From contig NW_026262668.1 in assembly GCF_021869535.1 (NCBI RefSeq), positions 930,001-994,000 of the forward strand: a stretch of 64,000 nucleotides of DNA, in the 5' to 3' direction. Below are positions 25,673 to 38,477 of the stretch, piece after piece (position 1 is the first letter of the stretch; the number at the start of each line of letters is the position of its first letter). The position numbers were made by a program, and so were the translations under genes. The notes under the pieces were generated by a model, which did no database searches, was not told where the DNA came from, and worked only from the letters and a program-made list of their open reading frames with translations. Source of the stretch: Mytilus californianus (taxonomy: Eukaryota).

Positions 25673-28259
25673 TTAATATTTGATAATGGTATATTACAAA
25701 AAACTACTGTATACATATATGCAGCTTAAATAATCTGATTAAGAGATATTATTTGTTACACATATTATGTTTCTAATACTAAAATAAAGAGCTCTGTCAC
25801 AACTAGTAAAAGCCAATTTATATATAATAATATAATAACAATTATCAAAAAATAATACACAAATACATTTATTTTTACTTAATTTTTTTTTTATTGTTTT
25901 AAATTTTTTTTATTTACTTTTTTTTTTCGTACTTAGAACAACAGAATTTAGCAAGTATTTTACCATACAGAATTGTTCTATTATATTATTTTTGTCTATT
26001 TTCTTCACAAATTTCATATTTACTACAACATGATTTTGCAAGTATCCCTAAAAAATATTCTGATCCCCAATTTGATAAAAAAAAATATTGTGGTCAAGCA
26101 GATGACAAAAAAAAAAAAAAAAAAAAAAGAGTTCTGAATCCAGATTTTCCGCATACCTTATGATGTTAAATTTTGAAAAAAATAATTTGATTGATAGCGT
26201 CGAAAAAATAAAAACCGTAACCCCCCTTTTTGAAGTTAAATGGTTGCTCCCTGACTGTTATTTCTAATTCTGAAAGAATTTTAACGCTTTAAAATACAGA
26301 CTGTATTTTACCTATAATCAATTGTGAATCGTTATACGAACACCCATTGTATTTTGTTTATAGACATAGGTTGAATATATATTTTTCAAATGTTGGCATA
26401 GGTTGAAGACACCTTATGATATCGAGCATATCAACACAAATTCATAATTTCTACTTAAAAGCTTAAGCTTATTTTCATTATACTAACCAAATACACATAC
26501 ATATTCTAAATACAAGACAGATTCTGAATGTTTTCACTTAGAATATTCAGAAAAAGCAAAACCGTTTTAAGGAGACAAAAAGTGGAAATAATTAGCCAAA
26601 TAGCATAATTGTAAAAGTAATTCTGAATTTTACGATTTCAAAAAAAATATGATTTATGTATTACAAAGACGCATTGTCGTAGGATTATGTATTAGAGAAT
26701 TTATAGGAATTAGTGCTTTCTTAAACGATAATCAACGAGCGACGCTAAGAACATGAACAAACTAAGACATAATATATATTTCATAGATTACAGAAGCTCA
26801 TAATCAATGAGACAAAACTCCAGTTTATCGACATGTATAATTGACAATTTAGCGCTTTAAGAGTATAATTTAAATGATGATTTATGTCAGCACTCGTGGT
26901 ATAGTGGTATCATGCCTAGACTGAAGACAGTAATGATTTACAATGAAAATATGCGCGAGTTCGAACCATTTATTTGAAACACGTTTTTGAGAGGATAAAA
27001 GATCGTAAGTTAAAAGTATAATATAAGTTATCTTAAGTTAACACAGTGGTCAGTGGATTCTTAAAAAATAATCTACAGTAAGAATAAGGGACTGACGTCG
27101 GAGAAATGGGTGAATTAAGATTAATTGCAGGAAATGGTTACAATTTCTGAATTTTGTTTCGTAATATAAAAGAAAAAAACATAGCTACAAACACTGTATA
27201 AAAAATATTACGACCAGAAAATAAATGTTTACCACAACGTACATATTGTTAAATATTTTCCATTTAAGACTTCTTCTGCCTAAATAAATAAAGAATATGT
27301 TTTCGTGCGATCCATTAAGTAATATACGCTTTTTGTTCTTAGATTACCATATTATTCTATGTTCATGTTGAATCATGCGTTATTGTACACAATGTTTATC
27401 ATATAAAAATGGAGAAAAATACATCTTATCCAAATAAATTCTCATAATTTCCATTTGAATTCAGAAACAAGCAACTAGTGCTTATATCAATCTGTCTCCT
27501 AGTTTAGTTGAATAAATTACACAGAAATAAATCACAACTACATTCACTGTTACATAATAAAGATAGTGTGAATGTCAATAAAATATTTCTTTTCGAACTA
27601 GAAATAAGAATAAAATGTAATTACTTATATTTGAATTTTTTTTCGAATTTTTATGTTTTATCGCCACTTTTAAGCACCGCTTTTGGGCTATTTCGTGGCG
27701 GCCAGTTTTTATTGGTGGAGGAAGCCGGAGTGCCCTGAGAAAACCACCGACCTTCGAAGGGATTTTCAAATTCATTAGTCGAAAACAGACTGACAATGCC
27801 ATGCCAAAAAAAAAAAACAAGAGAAAAATCACAAAAAGACAAACAATAGTACATAAAACATAACATAGAAGAGGGGGTGGACAGGGGGTACCCTTCTCTT
27901 TTAGAATCTTTTTTTCTCTCCCACCTCCCTCAAAAGCCGTCCACCCCTCATAGAAAACTGAAATTGAGCAACACGAACCCCACCAAAAACCGGGAACGAT
28001 CTCAGGTGCTCCAGAAGGCGGTAAGCAGATCCTGCTCCACATGTGGCACCCGTTGTGTTGCTCATGTAAGTACAAACCCGGTGATAAGTCTAATTCGGTA
28101 GGTCACGTTAATTTTGATTTCTTTTATCATTTCATTGACTCTAATATTATATATTAAACCATTAAAATTTCAGACATTACATATAGGTCACATTAAAGTT
28201 TTAAAAGGAAGTTTCACTTAATTAACATAAGATGACAATTTTCCGTTTTATGCAGTGTA

Positions 28260-30870
28260 GTATTTGTATTATCAAATAAAGTTAAAGAATCTGAGAAAAG
28301 ATACAAAAAGGTCATGGATAAGGCTATGAAAAAACATAAAAAAGACATGACTCGGAAATTAAAAAATCTTAGATCTCAAAACACCAAAGAGTATTGGAAA
28401 ATTTTGAACCAACGTGAACATTCAAAACAACCGAATATTAATTTTGATCTTATTCAACTTTTTCAAAGAGCTAAACTCAGGTAACTCAGATCCAATGGAC
28501 TTGCCAACTAATGATACAAATTTGATGAGTGAAGTAAATGATAATTTGAATAGTCCAATTACGAAAGAAGAAATATTAAAATGTATTAAGAATTTAAAAA
28601 ATAACAAAGCTTGTGGTGATGATATGATTATTAATATATATATATATAGACTTCTAGCGATTTTTTTATTGATGTTTATGTTGCATTGTTTAACTTGATT
28701 TTTAGAACTGACAGGGGTTAAAAAAATTTGTTACATCTCACTAGCCCAGGACTTATTGGTAGCAGGATTTTACTAGCCCTGTTGAAAGAGCTGCTAGCCC
28801 ATCAAAACTGACCTGCTAGCCCGAGTATACCTTTCAAATTTAGAGTGGGTGTCCCTTGTTTTGAATGCGGCATTATACACGGTATTTGATAAAATAAATC
28901 AAATAAATTTTTGTTTTATTAATTATAACAAGGATCTCTAGACATCTTTTTGGATATCCCTTGTACTATGGGTTAAATATGTTCATTGATATTGTCATGT
29001 TAAACCAGTGGTTCAATTCGTATATTTGTTGTTCCCACATACAAAGCAGACTTTTTATCAGCGAGATCGGGAAAATATCGGCAATATTCACAAAACATCA
29101 TCTCTTGTTTATCATCAGTAACAGTCGACCTTGCCCATGGGGAATCTTTCTGTCCATGACACTATAAATGTTTTTTTCCGCTTTTCCTGGTCGTATTTGG
29201 CATTTTTTGGGATCAATTTTCAGCCTCATTACCCCCTTCATCTACCGTTTTTTCGTTTTAAAACTGACAAAGTTCCTGTGGTGGCCGTACTAAAATGTTT
29301 AGAAATAATTTGTGCATGGTTTCAAGCTCAAATTAACAGCTGTCCGACAAGACAGGTCAATATCGATCATTACATCATACACCCAAGTACCATTAATTGA
29401 AAATCTCGGCATAAGCAATGTACAATACCCCCTGTACTGAGAAATTGATATTGAAAGTACGTGAATTGCGATCAATACAGGTCCACACAGAGTAAGTTGT
29501 TCTATTTTTAAAACATGTACAAAATCGGTTCAAATTCTTGGAATCCCGGATGACGTACGTAATTGAATCTGATTGGCTAAGATAGAATAGTGATGAGGGG
29601 ATTTTCCACTTACTATGTTGGAAATGCCCAGAATTTTTTGATACTAGTCCGTCGGGCATATTCGGTTACAAGTTTTAATTGCCCGAAGTGTAAAAGTCTA
29701 GTCCCGGGCGTCGGGCTAGTGGATTTTTTAACCCCTGAACTGGAATAGTACCAGTATCTTGGGTGATTGGAACGATCAAGCCATTTTGATCCAAAAAACT
29801 ATAGACCCATTACTATTGTAAGCTGTATGGGTAAATTATTTACAGCTATTTAGTGTAATAGACTTGCAAAGTTCTCTGATGAAGTTTTACTACTCAACGA
29901 AAATCAGTGTGGATTTCGAAATGATTACTCAACTTGTGATTGTATCTTTACACTACACACTTTTTTTGAAATTTTGAAATTAAAAAAAAAAGAAAAAAAT
30001 GTTCTGTGCCTTTGTCGCTTTTGAGAAAGTATTTGATACAGTGACGAAAGATGCTTTATGGTATAAGATGTTAGTAAATAATATTAATGGTTATATGTAT
30101 AAAATTATTCATAACATGTATGATATAAAATCATGCTTGTCATCCAATGGTGAGAAGTCTGATTATTTTCCAGGCAACATATTGGACTACGCGAAGGGGA
30201 GAATTTATCCCCTTTTATTTTTTTCACTTTTTTGAATGATTTGGAAGATTTCTTTTAAAAAGGGAATTTGATAGGCTTAAAAACTATATCAGATGCCCTA
30301 GAAGACGAACTAGATGTCTATGTTAAACTGTTTGCAATTCTTTACGCAGATGATACTATTTTTATGGCTGAATCAGCCACAGAACTTCAATTGCTACTAG
30401 AAATTTTTTAATCATATTGTAATGCTTGGAAAATGAAAGTCAATGTAGACAAGACTAAAATCATGATGTTTTTGTAGTGGTAGACAACCTGTTAACCTTA
30501 AATTTAATTTTGGTAACTCTGAATTAGAAATTGTTAATGAGTTTAATTATCTTGGGATTTATTTTTCCAAAAATGGCTCTTTTAATGCAAATAAGAAGCA
30601 GAAAAAGCTACGAGAGCCATGTATGAAGTTATCAAAAAAGGGAGAAAGCATGGCTTATCAATAAGTTGTCAATTAGATTTATTTGATAAATTGGTTAAAC
30701 CTGTTTTACTTTACGGCTGTGAAATTTGGGGATTTGGAAATAATGAAATATTAGAAAGAGTTCTTTTGAAATTTTGTAAACTTCTTCTCCATCTAAAATC
30801 CTCCACCCCGAATTGTGTTATATATGGAGAATTATGACGTTATCCTATTAGTTTAGATATCAAAGTTTTG
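28260..30870 (+). pseudogene. 5'-truncated non-LTR retrotransposon (LINE) ORF2 reverse-transcriptase relic with stops and frameshifts, interrupted by a hAT derivative
   Basis: Translated pieces: KEYWKILN, LNSPITKEEILKCIKNLKNNKACGDD, LIFR|TGIVPVSW, ENQCGFR, FCAFVAFEKVFDTV, LFAILYADDT (YADD at 30343-30354), KVNVDKTKIM, YLG, LFDKLVKPVLLYGCEIWG and STPNCVIYGEL. Confidence 0.9.
28712..29737 (-). mobile_element. hAT-family deletion derivative (TTF/ZNF862-type zinc-finger relic)
   Basis: TIR caggggttaaaaaa / ttttttaacccctg with repeated CTAGCCC subterminal motifs. The minus strand at about 28976-29195 reads KRKKTFIVSWTERFP/WAR...MMFCEYCRYFPDLADKKSALYVGTTNIRIEPLV*HDNINEH. Flanks aactga and aactggaa fit an 8-bp TSD with a 2-nt deletion in the left copy. 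Confidence 0.8.
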
Positions 30871-33800
30871 AATTTGCTTTCCTTAAACGTTTGTGAAACA
30901 TTTTCATACCCTTATGGTTTTTGTGTAAAACAATCATTTATATTTATCCACACGATGCAATTTTTATATCGTCTTTCGATCAACAGGTATCAAGCAGATT
31001 TTTTTTTGCATTGCATTGTGTTAAAGAAACTTACAAACGCTTAATTGTCTATTTTTTCTCATATATATTGATTTCAAATGTTAAGGAAAGGTAATCAAAC
31101 TCGAAAAAACTCAACTGTCCAAACGCCATTCATAAATCCAAGTTAAACTTTTGACCTTTTAGTCCAGTTACAATTTTTTTTACAAATCCTACATCTGTTA
31201 CATTGGTTGTAGATCAATATATCTGCTAGAAGGATTTTGGTACTTACGTACTAACACAATCTGTCTTATTGATAAAAAACAGTTCAAAGTCTATCGAGAA
31301 ATTTTTAGACTTCAGGACCCTTATGCATAAAACTTTAACTTAAAGGATTAATTCTAATGCTAATTCACTTGCAAGTGAATAATTCATCAACGATGTTACT
31401 TAGCTTATTTTGACAAAATTGAACTAAACGGGCTGCTAAAAGCGAATTATTATTTCACTATTTCACTTTCATTAAAGATTGAAAAAAAAACATATCATGA
31501 TTTTTTATATCTCGTAGCTAAAAGTGTTCCTTATACTTCGATTTCACTAAAAATTCCCTTAGTTAAGTAAAATTCTTAAGTCGTATGCATAAAATTACAT
31601 ACGTCTTCACTAAACTCAGGAATATTTAAATCTGAACCTTTCTCTAATTATCGTATGATAGAAGTAATCTCATCGCATGTACTCATCCGTGTAAAAATCT
31701 TAAGCAGCTTTATGCATACGGGCCCAGAGTTTACAGTTTAAAGCAAATCTGGTCCGACCAATCCAGTCTCCAATTCAATTCGAAATCAGATCATTAAACC
31801 TACAATTTGTCGTACAAAAACCGTTTTTAAAGTAAGTTTATTCAAAGTCCAGGTGTCACGTGTGAAAATATCATATGTAAGCAAAATCAAATTCTAAACC
31901 TTGCTAGCCTAGTAAGCTGACCTAATATTGACTAATAAAAAGGGGAGTCTTACCAGTAAAAATAGCTTTTGTAGTTAAACCTGTCTTTGGCAGTTAAATG
32001 TTGATTTTTTCAAAGCATTAATTTACACTTGCCCCCCGGCGACAGTTTTTTTTGGAAAAAATCCCCAAAATGGGCAATAATTTCATCGAAAGGAGAATGT
32101 CAGTACACCTTTTTATGTTCAGACGTGTTTGAGATGACTATTCTGTCTTGAAAACGTATAAAAGAAAAATATTTGATACATCATCTCGCTTCAGATTCTA
32201 TTATTTTTTATATATTTAGGCTCTAGGTTGATATAATAACATTGAAAATTTACAGCACTAAAAAATGAAATATATGGGTCAAGTGAAATACATTTCTAAT
32301 GAGTCATAACAACATTGTAGGTGTGTTCGAATAACAAATTTTTACTTAAGTACTTGACGACAGACTTTTCAAGTGGATCTTAAAAATGCATAACTTCAAA
32401 AAAACTTCATTTTTTGTGTGTGTTATCTAGGGTAATTAGTTTCACACCTCTGAAAATTTTTAGTCTGCCCTTGCACGAAATATTTAATTAGATTTTTTTC
32501 AAATGTTTTTGAACTTTTGAAAATCCCCCCTGACAACCGATCAGATAACAGTTTTAAGTTGACCAAATGCATAAAATAGATATAAGAAGATGTGGTATGA
32601 GTGTCAATGAGACAACTCTCCATCCAAGTCAAAATTTATGAAAGTAAACCATTATATGTCAAAGTACGGTCTTCAACACGGAGCCTTGGCTCACACCGAA
32701 CAACAAGCTATAAAGGGCCCCAAAAATACATTAAATGATGCTAGTAGGTACATTTGTCTTTTAAAATACAAGTGGCATATAAGGATCGTCATGATGCTAT
32801 GTGGATAAATTGATCGGTTTTCAAGAGCTAAATTGACAGCGCGTCATCACTACAATGGCTTCCATTTTTACGATTATAAAAATTAGGTGGCGTAATGGGG
32901 AGATAATTTTGACGATGTAGAATTCTCAAAAACTTAATTCAGGTCTGATTTTGATGAAATTTTTATTTTTAAACTCATAAATGTGTACAGTATCTTATGG
33001 TTATCATGAAATATATCTATGACGTCATTACTGAGAAATCTTTTTTTTATATACAGATATTGAAATCAAGTGTAATTTTTTCCTATTTAGCCGTACATTT
33101 TTTTTATATATATATCTTTAACTTCTTTAAAATGTTCATGCCTGAAACTTTTTCTCAAAATGAATGAGAAGAAAAAGTGTTCCTCATCCTCAATGATAAT
33201 ATTCCAATTACAATTTTTACACTTTATTTGTTCATATCTCCCACTTTAGTTTAACCCCAAACTCTTTGGTTTAAACCTTTCGTTTTCAACTACTAGGGGA
33301 ATTTAACGACCTTGACTACCAATGAGGGTCTCGGACGGTCAGTATAGTAAGATTTAGTTTTAAACCTCTTGTTTTCAATTTTTTTTTACAATAAGTCATA
33401 TATGTTTTTAATTTCATTGCATAAATATAAATTAAGGTTTATGACCCCTTCTGTAGCCATGTGAAAGACGAAATTTTCAAACTGCAATAGTATCAAAACA
33501 GCAAAGATAATGAATAATAGAGATGAGCCATTTTGTACATATACCAAGGGGAAACTTCGTGCAATGCATTATTATTTATTGTTTAATTGCATTTAATAGA
33601 AAAAGGGGATTTTGTGGCAAATAAAACCAAGATTTTTGTAGAAAATCCACATACTTTAATACAGAGATTTTTGTTAAAAAATTTTAAACATAGATTACTC
33701 ACTTGTTTTTCTATGATGTGCTAGCGTTTATTGTTTACAAAAAGTCCAAAACAACCTTTACATTCCAAAAACCCTCGTGCTGAGTCACTAAAGTCGAGTG

Positions 33801-34810
33801 CACCCTAGAAGGTGTACTTGAATTGGTCTATATTTATATTTGTTTTAACCAATATCTAAATTTATAAACTTGTTTTAAGGAAATTATTACTAGCACTGCA
33901 TGCAATAATCTTCTATCTATCAAGCACCGAATTGTCAAATATGAGAGTACAAGGGGAAATGCTGTGGATTTTCTATAAAATTTCCATATGTTTAGCATTG
34001 AATCAACACAAGGGTACATAGTCCTTAAGTGTGGTTTCATGATGATATTCTGGTTGGTGGTAGTAATGTTTATATGTTGACATTAGAAGAACTTGTATTT
34101 GATTGGAGATTTTTTAGTCTATTTAAATTTTTTCAAAGCTTTTCCAGACCCAGGGCGAGTTAGAGTTAGACAAATTTCAATTGTATCTTAAATGACCTCT
34201 AAATGGGTTTATGTGTGGTAGTCGTTTTGGGAAGGGTAGGGTAAACATAACAGTAAAAAGGTAATAATCATTGTTGCCTGCATTTGTGTTGTACCTTTTA
34301 TTTTTTGGGGGGGGGGGGGGGGGGGGGTGGGGGTGCGGGGAGAGGGACATTTTTGTGGAAGGAATGTGCAGCAAAGACATTGGTAACCACCCTTTTTATA
34401 TTTTTTGAATATCAAAATATCTTTTGACAAAATACCTATAGCTATCATGGTAAATCTTTTTTTCACTGAGAGATCCATAGATTTGACAAATATCTAATGT
34501 TTACGACTGTAGTTTTAATCGCATCTATAATATAATCGACATCTGATTAGTTTCAGATTTCGGTTTCATTTGATGATTTTTGAGGTTGCGCGGTGAACAT
34601 TTATTTTGTCGTCGTGTAGTTTTTATTTCGAACTACCTTAATTAAGTGCTTTTAATGTTCAAAGAAACGTCCATGTAAGGGTATGAAAGGGGGCATGATA
34701 ATCATAAAAGCCACTTTTTTGATTGGCGAATTTGGAGGCTTGGGAACGCCTCCTTATGAAGATGCAAAATGAATAAATACAAAAATCTTTTAAAATATTT
34801 TTACTTATTT

Positions 34811-35425
34811 TTTAGCTCACCTTCCCAAAGGAAATGTGAGCTTTTGCCATCACTTGGTGTCCGTCGTCATCCTTCGTCTTCCGTCGTCTGCGTCCGTCCG
34901 GTGTAAACTATTTCAAACATCTTCTTCTCTGAAACTACTGAACAAATTCCAACCAAACTTTAGCTGCATGATCCTTAGGGTATCTAGAATAAAGCCTATG
35001 TTTTATTTTGTGTTTCGTCAAAAAACATGGCCGCCATGGCAAAAAATAGAACATATGGGTAAAATGCAGTTTTTGGCTTATATCTCAAAAACTAAAGCAT
35101 TTAAAGGAATCTGACATGGGATAAAAATGTTCATTAGGTATAAAGTTCTATCAGCCCTGAAATTTTCAGATGAATCTAACAACTCATTGTTGGGTTGCTG
35201 CCACTAAATTGGTAGTTTTAAGGAGATAGATTTTGCAGTTTTCGGTTATTATCTTGAATATTATTATAGATAAAGATAAACTGTAAACAGCAAAAATGTT
35301 CAGCAAAGTAAGATCTACAAATAAGTTTAAGATCTACAAATAAGTTTTTATGACCAAAATTGAAAATTGACCCCTTTAGGAGTTATTGTCCTATAAAGAC
35401 ATTTTTTTTCACAATTTGTTCATCT
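34811..35425 (+). mobile_element. 3'-truncated HINE of the ttttagctcacc family
   Basis: tttagctcaccttcccaaaggaaatgtgagcttttgccatcacttgg, then a cgtc microsatellite and one central repeat unit. Confidence 0.7.
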
Positions 35426-35729
35426 AGTTTGCCTTATTCTATTTTTCTTGTCGATGGAAAATTTAGGTGCATATATCCTGTTTTAAGTCTTATTCTTAGC
35501 AGATTCAGAAACGGATTCAGCTTTGTGTTTATAATTTTAATCCTTATATAAAGTGGTAGTATGACATAAGAACATAATAAAACGTGTCATACGCCTATAA
35601 AATACGTGTCACGATAAAAGTTATACAAGTACCATTTTATTGATAACTGTGAGAGCATATCAACACAAATTTTAAGCTTATTTTCATTTTACTTACCACA
35701 TACACATACATATTCTGAATAAAAGAAAT

Positions 35730-35818
35730 ATTTTGTAAAGAAAGATTTTGTAAAGAAAGATTTTGTAAAGAAAGATTTTGTAAGAAAGATTTTGTGAAGA
35801 AAGATTTTGTAAAGAAAG
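35730..35818. repeat. 15-bp tandem repeat, 6 copies
   Basis: attttgtaaagaaag x6, two copies with variants. Confidence 0.9.
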
Positions 35819-38477
35819 ATTCTGAATGTTAATAATCACTTAAAATATACAGTAAAAGCAAAACCGTCTTCAGGAGACAAAAAGAGGAAAAAGTTACCAA
35901 AAAGCATATGTTTTAAAAATAATTCTGAATTTTGCGATTTCAAAAATATGATAAGGGATTTATGTTTTACAAAGACGCATTGTCGTATGATTATTTAAGA
36001 TTCATTACAGGAAATGGATACAATTTCTGAATTCTGTCTTGAAATGTAAAAAAAAAAAAATACAAAGCTAAAAACACTGAATAAAAATATAATACGACCA
36101 GAAAAATAAATGTTTACCACAACGTAGATACTTGTTTAATATTTTCCATTTAAGACTCCTTCTGCCTAAATAAATAAAAATATGTTTTCGTGCGATTCAT
36201 TAAGTAATATACGCTTTTTGTTCTTAGATTACCATATTATTCTATGTTCATGTTGAATCATGCGTTATTGTACACAATGTTTATCTAAAAATGGAAAAAC
36301 AAATACATATTATACAAAATATTATCTTTAAATGGAAAAACAAATACATATTATACAAAATAAATGTCCATAAGGTCAACTTGGATTCCTGAGAAACAAG
36401 CTACTGGTGCTTATATCAATCTGTCTCCTAGTTAAGTTGAATAAATTACACAGAAATAAATCACAACTACATTCACTGTTACATAATAAGATAGTGTGAA
36501 TGTCAATACAATTTCTTTTCGAACTAGAAATAAAAATAAAATGTAATTACTTATATGAAATGCTAGAAAGTATATTGCATTATATGATAAGATTTTATTT
36601 TTTGATTCCGAGTCGATGTCTCTATGTTATAGAAAGCGATACTGCTTAATTTCAATATAGTTCCGTTCGCTCATATAACGTACTAAGGGTACACAAAGAT
36701 AAAGTATCATATTAGTTTGTATGTAGATTTACATTTGTATACAGTTTTATAAAGAGAGAAGCGAAAGATACCCAAGGGATTTTCAAAGCCAGAAGTCGAA
36801 AACAGACTAACAATGCCATGGCAAAAATTAAATATAACAAAAACAACGAAAAACCACGAAAAGACAAACAACAGTACTCAAAACACAACATAGAAATTTC
36901 TATATCGTCTTTCAATCCACAGGTATCAAGCAGTTTCCTTTTTTTGCATTGCATTGTGTTAAAGAAACTTAAAAACGCTTAATTTTTTTTTTCCCTCATA
37001 TATATTGATTTCAAATGTTAAGGAAAGGTAATCAAACTCGAAACAAAATCAACTGTCCAAACGCCATTCATCAATCCGAGTTCAACTTTTGACCTTTCAT
37101 TCCAGTTACAATTTTTTTTACAAATCCTACATCTGTTACATTGGTTGTAGATCAATATATCTACTAGAAGGATTTTGGTACTTACGTACAACATTAACTT
37201 AAAGGGATTAATTCTAATGTTAGCTTATTTTGACAAAAATGAACCAAACTTGCTGCTAAAAAGCGAACTATTATTTCACTATTTCACTTTCATTAATGAT
37301 TGAACAAAACACATCATATTATATATGTTTTTATATCACGTAGCTAATGCCCCTTTAAGTGTTAAGGACTTAAATTTAGATTTCACTAAGAATTCCTTTA
37401 GTTAAGTAAAATTCTTAAGTCGTATGCATAAAATTTATATACGTCTTCACTTAAATAAGGAATACATGTACTTTAATGAAAAGTGCTATTAACCGTTCAT
37501 CTTAATATATATATATATAATCTCTTCAATTCATTCAGTCAGAGGTCAAAAGTGTTTCACCACACGAAAATGTCCCTATATAATTAGTACTCAAATAAAA
37601 ATATTTTTCAAAAATATTGTCAAAAATTTAATTCGGGCCCGATTCTGATGAAATTTATATTTTTAATATAATGTAATGTGTACAGTATCTTATGGTTATT
37701 ATTAAATATATTTATGACATGTGATTACTGAGAAATCATTTTATATATAGATTTTGAAATTAAGTGTAATTTTTTTCCTATGCAGCCATACTTTTTTTTT
37801 ATAGTTCTTGAACTTCTTTGAAATATTCATGTCTAAAACTTTTTTCTCAAGCTGCATGAGAAAAAAAAGTGTTCCTCATCCTCAATGATAATATTACAAT
37901 TTTTACACTTTATTGTTTATATCTCCCACTTTAGTTTGACCCCAAACTCTTAAACTAGATTTAGTTTAAACCTTTTATTTTCATTTTTTATGTCATTGAG
38001 ACTGTTTCATGTTTGTTTTTAATTTCATTGCATAGATATAAATTAAGTGTGGTTTCAAGACGATATTCTGGTCTATGTTCAAAACAATAAACGAAAGTGT
38101 GTACTTTTAACACCAATTAACACCTGTTTATTTTTAAAAATACATGGAATCTGTTACATTATGTGATTCAGCAGCGATCAATATTTCATGTGATTCTTTT
38201 CTTCTTTTTTTAATTTAGATTAAGCAATTACTTTATACGCCTATAAATGTTTGGATATTTTAGATAATTAAACTATTTTAACAGTGATTACCATGTTTTC
38301 TTATTTACAGAAAAAAAATCTATAACAGTTATTTATATATACACACCACTGTGTAAGAGCAATATTAGAACTACTTTATGGAATTTGTGTTTTACAGGCA
38401 TTTTTCCTTCACTTAAAGACTTAATAAGCTTAACCAGTCAATAATATGTTTTCAATAATAAAAAAATTGAAAAACTT

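Noticed and set aside
26889-26965. tRNA gene (tggtatagtgg A-box, gagttcgaacc B-box)
   Set aside because: Box spacing and stems do not give a cloverleaf. It is at best a decayed SINE head or tRNA pseudogene.
34177-34478. Pro-rich ORFs
   Set aside because: They are caused by a poly-G tract (about 34307-34328) and show no other coding signal.
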